Below, piece by piece: positions 51,441 to 60,876 of a DNA stretch of 60,876 nucleotides. The DNA lies in NCBI GenBank assembly GCA_001938485.1, contig MQRK01250323.1:3609-64484 (forward strand), in the 5' to 3' direction. Under the pieces are notes generated by a model that was not told the origin of the DNA, ran no database searches, and was given only the letters and a program-made list of their open reading frames with translations. Source of the DNA: Girardia tigrina. Its lineage: Eukaryota. Within the stretch, counting starts at the first letter, position 1. Each line of letters starts with the position of its first letter. The position numbers and the translations under genes are program-made.

Positions 51441-54400
51441 ATTAAAATGGTATCAAATTTGTATAAAAATATAATTATAATTAAATGATTTTTTAAAAAT
51501 TAGGTGGTAAAAAATCATTATGTTTATTTAAAATTGAAAAAGTGACAATTTGTATTAAAAGAATAATTATAATTGAATGTTTAACCAATTAACGAAGAAT
51601 AAAATATTAAGAAATTTAATTTTAACAATAGATGTACCATTCAAATATTATAAAAGATCTAAAATTATATTTAAGTTAACTGGTTTTAGATAAATAATAT
51701 TGAAATAACAACATTTAAATAATTTAGATTACTAGAAATTGTTGTAAAATACGTTTAAAAATGATTTAAAATAGAACAGTTATTATTTCGATTTTTATAA
51801 TGTATTTTGAAGATTTTTATAAAATAATAAAATCTTAATATATAAATTAACGTAATCAAAAATAAATTCAATTTTAACGTTTTAATAACACAACATGATG
51901 AATTAGCGATTCTGTACAAAGATGATTAGATGAAAATGAAGAATGATAATATTCTAAAAACAAATAAATTGCGACATTTGCAGTTGGTAAGTATAAATAT
52001 GCTAATGTGAATTAAGAATTCCACGAAATTGAATAAATAATTGAATTATTTAAGGTAATGCGATTTAATTAATGAGAAACTTGTTGAATATAAGAAATAT
52101 CATGGAATACCTGATGCTAATGTGCTTGGACTACCAACAGTTCATAACGTAGGTATTATAAACATTAATAAACGTTTTACAATTATCAATAAAACATTTA
52201 CAATGAAGTATGCATTTATAAAAAATGTGTACACAGAATATGTTTTCTAGAAAAGTTTTAATTTGCTCTATGTATGCTATCTTACAAATAGTATGTATCA
52301 AGTAGAGTATGCATAGTCTAAATATTATTTTAATATATATTTAAAAATTTTTATAATCGTTAACCTGCAAACATTGTGTTAATCAAAATTAAAATATTAT
52401 TTGTCTCCCATTATCATAATAACAATACCCGACAAATTTGAACTTTTTTTAGACAAAGAAGTCTTTACCTCTATTATATGCAGAATTTGATGCTGAACAC
52501 GAATATTATAGTCGTTTTTCTCCTATACGTCCAGATTTTTTGTTATCTTATCTTTTTTATTTACTTTGAAAAAGTGCAAAAGTTCGAGGTCGAAAACCAG
52601 TAACACAGTACTTATGACGAAGTAATTTATATTTTAAGGACTGCAAATCATCCAGCAATAGTCAGCCATCATTCTCTGATCTGCTCTTCTTTGATATCGC
52701 TGTTCCAGTGTTTAAAGGGTCTGGTTCACCATGTTCATCTGTGACCTGTTCCATCTCGAATGGGAAAAAGTCAATGTGACTTTTTAGAAAGTGAATTTTT
52801 GGAGACATATTCGCCTTCATCAGTTCAAATGCATCCAGCATTTCTGAAACTATATCTCGGTAATCAGGAGATCGATGTTTGCCTGAGAAAAAAATAAAAA
52901 TAAATTGCAAATACCATTTGATGTTATCTTACGTATGTTGTTCAAATGATTGAAGTATGAAAACATACCAAGAAAGTTTTCCACACCTTTTTTAGCATTC
53001 CAGGCACGCAATTCAACTAGGGGTAATGCTTCTTAAAACTACTGACTTTTCATTAATTTCCTCGTATCTGGCTCAACAAAGACAACATCTTTTATTTTGG
53101 CTGCTGACAGTCGCGGACAAATATTCTTTAGTGTTTTCATTGGCTCATCTTCCGAATCAAAAGCCTTGATGAAAATTTTGAAAATCCCAAACTCGATATG
53201 CAAAGGTGGTAAAATTACCTTTCGAGGTGGTACAAGAGCTTCGTGGAGGACATTTTGCACTCCTGGTGTTCGATTTACACGTTCTGGCCAATGGTTTCTG
53301 CTGTAATGCTGCTGACGCGCTCTGCTATCTCATAGAGAAATAAAACAATTGTACTTGGTGTAGCCACCCTACATCCCAGTGAGCATTCCGATGATTTTTA
53401 AATCAGAACAAACTCTCCATTTGAAGTTTTCGTAATGAATTAGCTCAAATATCAATTTCAATGAGGAGTAGGATTCTTTCACTTTCCTGGAATAGGCCAC
53501 TGGAAGTGCAGGAAACTTGTTGTCCTTATGGAGGAGCACAGTCTTCATACTATCGACACTACCATCAACAAAGAGCCACTAGTCCCATTTCACATTCGTG
53601 TGAATGTTCATTCTCGAAACAAGACTTTCAACTTCATCGCAGTAGACCATCTCATCGCAATCACTTGTTTTGAAGAATTCCACGAACATCTTATCCCTTG
53701 CCCTGTAAGCCGTCGTGTTCGTTTCTGCTACTAAAACACCAAATTGTTTAAGCATGGTTGCAGCAAGATAGGAACCATCTTTCGATAACCCCAATTTTCT
53801 GACAAAACTATCAAGTTGATCTTGGTTGATGGTTTTACATGTGTGTTCCACGTCATTTGGTCTCCAGTTGGCTTCCATGTCATCAGGTGTTTCTGATACT
53901 TTCTCATCGCTGTCAGAAAGAATGTTCAAATCCTTCGGTGGAAATCCTAAAAGGTGGAACAGGAGGCTCATCTCCTGTTTCATATGGTCTTTGTTGGTAA
54001 ATCAGGATAATAAATAAAATGAACTGTCTTTTTGCTGTGACCACGAACACTTGTCAAACAGAAGTGACAATCGTTAACATGATCCATCTGCTCACTCCAA
54101 GCCATTGGATTTGAAAATAGCATTTGTTTCAGTTTTCCAGAGGACCATAGAGAGAGATCAGAAAACATTTCTGGCAGACGCAATGGGGCGCAAATGACTT
54201 GTTCTGGTCTCCTATTTTCATTTTAAAGTAGTGAAAAAAAGGCTTTGGATTCTGGGAGTAATGGATCTCGATGCACCTTTAAATATATATTTTCCACAAA
54301 TATAGCAAAATTTATTGGGATCTTTGACACACTGACGTCTATTCGACATAACCACAAAAAAATATAATTGTTTAAGTATAAATTAGGTAATGATATTAGA

Positions 54401-54535
54401 AATAACTTATGCGAGAATTATAAAATAAATTGCAGTAATGACACAATTTGAAGCAACGCACAATGATTACTCGTTAAAAGAATAGAACAAATTAAATGTA
54501 AATATAGTTTACAATATTTGATTATTATTAAAGTA

Positions 54536-56181
54536 CCGTACTTATCGAACTATAAGTCGAACTCGCATATAAGTCACATCCCATTTTTATTTAAATTTTG
54601 AAAATTAAATTCAACAGTGTATAAGTCGCATATTTTTGTGACTTGAAAACTTGAATCAAAAACTTATTTTAAATTATGCAAATGAAGAAATCATTAAATT
54701 TAAATTAATATTATTTTAATTTTGACTTTAATGATTTTTGTTTTATTAAAATAATTTGAATTTAAAATCTACGTTAAAAATGAAGAAAACAAGAAAATCG
54801 TTTACGGTCGAAAGAAAATTGGAAATTATTGCTTGTGCTGACAAACATGGTAACAGAGAAGCAGAAAGAGAATTCAATATAAATGAAAAAACCATTCAGG
54901 ATAGGAGAAAATTGAAAAACCTTTAAAACGTAATGCCGAAAAAAAGGAAAGCAAAAAGATGGGGATTTGTACATTTGGCCCGATTTAAAAAAGGCCGTTA
55001 AAAGTATATAATTGAGAAAAGGGAGAAAGGGTTTTAAGTTTCTACAATTGATATTAGATTTACAGCGACAAAATGGCAAAATAATGATTTTAATGTAGAA
55101 AATTTTAAAGGAACGAATGGTTGGTGCACAAGATTTATGAAAAGAAATAATTTAAGCATGAGAGTAGTCATTTCAGTCGGAAAATCGTTGCCAGCTGATT
55201 GGGAAGAAACAAAAGAATCATTTTTACTTTTTATTAAAGATAAAAAGAGATATATCAATTTGAAGCATCTTGGGAATATGGATGAAGTTTCTGTTAGTTT
55301 CGATATTCTTGATACAAGGACAGTTGATGAAAAAGGAAAAAAGGTATTCTGATCAAAACAAACGGAAAATGAAAAATATAATTTTACAGTTATAATAACT
55401 GTAACTGCCTATGGAAAAAATTTAAACCAATCGTGATATTTAAAAGACTAACAATGCCCAAAGAAAATTTTCCAAAAGGAATTATTGTTGAAGTCAAGAA
55501 AAATGGATGGTCAAATAGTGAAATAATGAAAAAATGGATACAAAAAATTTGGATAAAAAGAAATGATTCCTTTTTTAAGCCAAAATCACTTTTAATATTC
55601 GATTCTGCTAGATGTCATATTACTGAGGAAGTTACAAATGAAGTCAAAAAATATTCTGAACTTGCAGAGATCCCTACTGGCCTCACTAAAAGCCTTCAAC
55701 CACTTGATCTATCAGTTAGCAAATCGTTCAAATCTAAGCTAAAGATACATTGGGAAAATTGTTGTCACATTTATAACAAAAGGGGGAAAATCAAAATATG
55801 CGATTGGATTGTTAAAAGCTGGAAAGATGTTACACCACAGTGTATTAAAATGGATTTAAGAAAGCAGGGATTCAAACTTATGATGAAAATATCGAAGGTG
55901 ATGATGATTCAGAAATTGAAACTGGAAGTGAAGATAAAGATTTACAAGAAATCCAAACGGAATTTTTGCACATTTTCGAAACGTTTGAAATAATAGATGA
56001 TGAAGATTTTGATGGATTCGAGGAAATCGAATAATCTTAAAATAAAATTATTGGTTTTGTTTTTATATATTGATGTTTTTATTTTTATATACGTCGCACA
56101 CGCGTATACGTCTAACCACTTTTCTTTAATTTTCATACGTTTTTTTCATATAAGCCGCGGTTTATAGTCTGATAAACACGG
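54536..56181 (+). mobile_element. pogo (POGK-like, Brinker DBD) transposon, decayed
   Basis: TIR CCGT..TTATC..ACTATAA with TA TSD. HGNREAEREFNI, GNMDEV, IFDSARCH and LQPLDLSV motifs. Confidence 0.92.
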
Positions 56182-56362
56182 TAATAATTAATTGCCCGTA
56201 AATTGTATTCTTAATATATATTTGATGCAAATATTTAATATTTTCTATTAGTTTACTATTTTAGAAATTAATTTCTTTTAAGTTATAATTGAAAATATAT
56301 AAAAATATTACATGAATAATAAGAATACAATTTAAGGGCAGTTAATTATTGCTTTAATAATA

Positions 56363-57905
56363 CAGCCGAACCTCTATTTAACGAAGTGGAATGGACCAAA
56401 AAAATACTTCGTTAAATAGAGGTAAATCTTTTTTTTTCTATGCGATGTCATTGGCCAGGTTGATAGCTATTCGCTAATTTAATTGTAATTGAGAACCCTC
56501 GATAGTTGTGTTTTCAGTGAAAGAATAATGCCTTGATCGCAGGGTTGAATTATTGAGGTGGTGATTGGTTGAAGATACACCAATTCTACAGCTGCAAGTC
56601 CCATTGGTATACAATGACTGCTGCAATTGTCTACAAAAATAAGAACTTTGCGGTTAGATGTATTCATCTTTTGATCAAACTTGTGCAACCACTCAGTCCA
56701 GATTGATGAAGTCATCCAAGTTCGTTTGTTGCATTTGTAGTCAACAGGTAATTGTGACTTTTTCCAGCCTTTGAAGCATCGAGGATTTGACTCTTACCAA
56801 TCACCAATAACTTTCGTTTATCTGTTCCACTCATGTTTGCACAGACTAGCACTGTTAGACTAATCTTGCTTTTCTTTCCCCCAGAACATGTTTCTCCTTT
56901 GAAGGCAGAGTGTGAGATGAAAGCAGTTCGTAGAAGAAACTTTTTTCATAAGCATTGTATACGTCTTCAAGCGAATAGCGATGTAGATAAGATGGAAGGA
57001 TGTTCTTAACCCAGCATTCAGTAGCCGGTGAATCTGCTGATGTAGATTCTCCACACATGGCTTTGAAAACTAGCCCGTGTCTCCTTTGAAACTTCTCGAT
57101 GTATCCATTATTTCCTTAGAATTCTTTCATACTAAGACTTTCAGCAAATTGCTTTGCCTTGGTTGAGAGAAGTGGCCCATTCACTGGAACATTTTGGGAA
57201 CGCTGCTGAGTAAACCACAAAAGGAGAGCTTCTTCCAAGTCATCGCTAGTTACATTTTTAATGCGCTTTAACTCTGAGCCACCAGATGTTTGGGACCATT
57301 GCGCCTGTATAATCGTTGCGATATAATCGACGATAGACTGCTTGCTGGTATACCATATTCCGAAGCAATGTCAACTTTTCTCTTCTTAGCATTGCACTGA
57401 CATGCAGAAGTAAAAAAAAATTATTAAATAAAAGGGAATTTTACTGATAATAGTTCTTTATAAACAAATTATTTAATGTATTCAATAATTTCCTTTTTTT
57501 AAATAATAATTTTTTTTACATATTTTAAATACAAGTATTAAGAAAAAAACTATATTAAGAAAATAAATGTGTGTTTTAAAAAAATAATGTTTTTAACGCA
57601 AATTTACTTTTCAAAAATACATTTCTTTTTCCGAATTTGATAATCGGTAATTGCTTAAAAGTTTTGAAATTTTCAAGTATTTAAAATATCTGAAATTTTT
57701 CAACGCGGCATTGTCTTCGTTATACAGAGGTTAATTTACACCTAAAATTTTTGATCGGTACAGAAAATGCTTTGTTAAATAGTGGTTTTCGTTAAATGGA
57801 GGTTCGTTAAATAGAAGGAGAAATATATGAGGATTTCTGCCCTCTTAGTCGGGACAAAAGATTTGCTTCGTTAAATGGAGACTTCGTTGAATAGAGGTTT
57901 GACTG
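56363..57905 (-). mobile_element. Tigger (TIGD4/6-like) transposon, decayed
   Basis: TIR CAGYCRAACCTCTATTYAACGAAGT with TA TSD. FVDNCSSH and TTSIIQPCDQGII motifs. Confidence 0.92.
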
Positions 57906-58492
57906 TACTATTCTATATTTACAATTAATTTATTCTGTTGTTTTAACGTGTAAGCATCGAACGTTGCTTTAAAATATAAAAATTTATATAATTATCAGTT
58001 TTTCTCAATTTACCAAAACTCTGGTCGTATAAGAGGAAAATGACTACCATATTCGTGTTCAGCATCAAATTCTGCATATAATAGAGGTAAAGACTTCTTT
58101 GTCCAAATTTGAGTGTCGGGTAGTGTAATTAAATGTAAGACTATTCATAATTTCAATATCACGAATGACATAATTTCTATTAGAAACAAATTTTAACAAA
58201 TCAATTTGCCGATATTATTTTTTACATAATCCTTCAATTGTTTTTAAAATTCTGATTAATTTTTAAAAAAATTAATGAAAATGTAAAATAATATATTTAA
58301 TTTGATTTTTAATTTAATCTAATTTTCTTTTAAAAATAAAATTTACTTTTAAAATTAAAAAAAATTTATTCTAAAAAATAAAAAAAACTTAATTTCAAAT
58401 CAATTAAAATATTAAAAATTATTTAAAGCGTAAATCTATTATTTTCAAATTTATTATTAAAAAATATTTTTGAAACTTTTTTTTAAATTATG

Positions 58493-60367
58493 TGTAATAT
58501 AACGATTTAAATCATTTGTTTAAATCGTTCTTGTGAGGAATATTTTAAATTTGGTATGTTGAAATTGGTTTGTTGAATTTGGTATGTTGAGTTTAGTATT
58601 TGGAAATGTGTTTCTCCCACCCAGGTGGAAAATTAATATTTTAGATGTTCACGATAAATAATTGTTCGAGTATAATTTGCATTTTAAAGTACAACATAAG
58701 ATATTTAAAAACTTTAAAAATATTAAATCGTTTCAAATTTTCATATTAAAATTGAAATAAAGTAAATAGTTTTAACTAAGTTTTGAATTAAATAAATGTT
58801 CTTTCTTTCTATAAAATAATTTTTTAAATAAAATTAATATGTAAATAAAATTATTACTAAAATTACAAAATTCGAACTTTAAAAATAAAATCTGAAAATA
58901 ATGAAAAATTTGTTCGAATAGTTGTTTATTAAAAAACATTAACTAAAAGTTATCAATTTAGGACGATGTCGAATTACGAAAGTTTTGCTGAGAGTTGTCC
59001 AAAAGACAATTTTAATTGTATTGAAAATAAAAGTTCGAAAACCCATGTTGGTGTTCTTAATAGTTCTATTGCAGAAAACGGAGTTTATTTAAAATACAGA
59101 TTTATGAAGCTTCGTTAATTCTTTTTGATTTAGATTTAACATCACAAGCTATCGTGGCATGAAAAAATTGCAATTCGCGGATTCGGTGCCTCGGTTTGAA
59201 AGAACCAGTGATTTCAATGTCTGGTGTCGGAAATTCGAATCCCCTGCGGCAATCTGCGAGATCGACCAAATATCAGCACTGCCAATGATGCTAGAAGGAA
59301 GAGCATTCGAGCTTTTCGATGGGTTGCCAAAGAAAGATCAACAAGATTACGGGGAAGTAAAGATGCTGCTGTCAGAAGCATATGGACCGGATCCTTGGGG
59401 GGCCTAAGAAGAATTTCGCACCCGATAGCTCCGGGAGGGAGAATCAACGGAAGAGTTCGTGGCAGCATTACGAGCATTTATTGCGGGTCTCTCGGAAAAT
59501 GTTTCAAAACATTTGGTCTCAGAATCGACCAGAAGGACGGATAGACTACCGGAGTTGCTTCCGGTTGCCCGTGCGCTTCTTTGGATTAATCAATCGGATG
59601 CGGTACCATCAATACCAGTGGCTGCGATCAATGAGAATGGTACCATTAATCAAGTGGTAGCGATGGCGACGAACCCCCATCCGGATGTCAAAAAATCCCA
59701 ATGCTACAAATGTGATCAAGAGGGCCACATCAGACGAGAATGCCCGAGAGAACAAGCCCTGATAAATGAAGTAAGACTTACCGGACGGGTTAAATATTGT
59801 TTAGCGTGTGGTTGGTTAAGGGCTTACGAAGTTTTCGTGACACCCGCACCGCCATAAACCTGTACAACAAAATGGAAACGCGCAGCGGTAACATGGAAAA
59901 ATTTACCGCAACAAGTGGAAGTCAACGGGATGTCTAATCACATCAGCCATGTGCGTAGGGCACCACCAGAGGATAAAACTCCGGAGGATGACGAGATTAA
60001 CGATAGAAGAGACATATTAATAATAATAATAACGTTAGTTTTCTAGAAGCAGACAGCAGCAAACTCGAGAGAGCAGAACATGAAGAATCAGGCGGTGAAT
60101 CAACATCAGAAAGGCGACCTCGCAGGACGATCCGCAGACCGGGCTCGTTACGACGATTACAATTGCACAGGTGCGGCGGCAGTGGTCAGTTCCAGTACTC
60201 CCAGATGTTCGGACTGTGTCTGTCTTTGCGCCTTAAAGAAAGGAGGGCGTGTAATATAGCGATTTAATTCACTTGTTTAAATCGTTGTATTGCAGAAAAC
60301 GGAGTTTATTTAAAATACAGATTTGTGAAGCTTCGTTAGTTCTTTTTGATTTAGATTTAACACCACA
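58493..60367 (+). mobile_element. Internally deleted gypsy-like LTR retrotransposon (118-bp LTRs, gag remnant)
   Basis: TSD TTATG. 3' LTR 60250-60367 follows the PPT AAAGAAAGGAGGG. The 5' LTR 58493-59146 is split by an insert. gag 59159-59760 contains the CYKCDQEGHIRREC zinc knuckle. pol is largely deleted. Confidence 0.93.
58532..59062 (+). mobile_element. Solo LTR family A nested in the 5' LTR (531 bp)
   Basis: 5-bp TSD GTTCT; the empty site is visible in the 3' LTR. Confidence 0.9.
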
Positions 60368-60661
60368 TTATGTTTAAAAATTTTAACTTTTTAACTATTT
60401 AAAATTATTTAAATTTTGTCAGTGAAAAGAAAATTAACTTACTTCTTATACTGCTTAAATTTTAATTAATTAATCAATTATTTAAAAATAATTTTTGGCT
60501 TTTTTTTATTTTAAGTTAAATATTATTGAGATTCCCACCTTGATGTTATGTAAAGATAACGTAATATTACTTGTAATAGTAAATTTGAATTTGGTTATGT
60601 TTTCATCACGAGACGACTAAAGGATAACACTGAATACGAATTCTAGCCAGAGACAAGAACT

Positions 60662-60876
60662 GGTAACCAGACAATTCGACACACTTATTAATTCGACATA
60701 TTTTTCATTCTTCACAATAAAAGTTAATTCAATAATAAGACAATTCAACACAAATTAAAAAATAATTAAAATTAAAAAGTAAAAGTTATTTCGACAATAA
60801 GACGATACACATTTTTTAATTCGACACATTTATTAATTCGACAAATTTTTTATTCGACATAGTAAAAGTTAATTTT
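60662..60876. mobile_element. Left end of a MULE/foldback-like element
   Basis: GGTAACCAGACAATT resembles the 28094 end and is followed by ATTCGACA subrepeats. Confidence 0.65.

Larger units (their letters stand above)
52423..58125 (-). mobile_element. DNA transposon of the PPLH...DEQGE transposase family (RepeatMasker TcMar-m44-like) with two nested pogo elements
   Basis: ~115-bp TIRs CAMTACCCGACA...GAATTTGATGCTGAACACGAATAT. Decayed transposase 54349 to ~52620: FCYICG, LPPLHIEFG, MSPKIHFLKSHIDFF...DEHGE. Intron at 52883-52968. Confidence 0.85.

Overview
This is a very AT-rich eukaryotic scaffold window with four N-gaps. It is probably from a flatworm such as a planarian; that is an inference from an eEF2 fragment whose insert resembles platyhelminth eEF2 as I recall it. 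I found only one clear host gene: two exons of Sec20/BNIP1 (2919-3131 and 9413-9643, +). The rest is a nested graveyard of mobile DNA: mariner, pogo/Tigger, hAT, MULE, piggyBac and m44-type DNA transposons, plus several gypsy-like LTR remnants. The most interesting signal is a set of TG...CA/TA LTR-like units (families A, B, C, E) that carry their own coding and RNA-structure content. Family B holds a ~260-aa coiled-coil gene, a covarying structured leader, and an antisense ATG set in a hairpin loop whose conserved ORF reads out of the element end. Family C holds a putative spliced Cys-rich ORF and a covarying terminal hairpin. Family A holds an ATG-initiated ORF that exits the LTR. A decayed chuvirus-like (class III) glycoprotein and a RING-finger-carrying MULE-like element are also present. 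All family assignments come from motif recognition by eye; no database searches were run.
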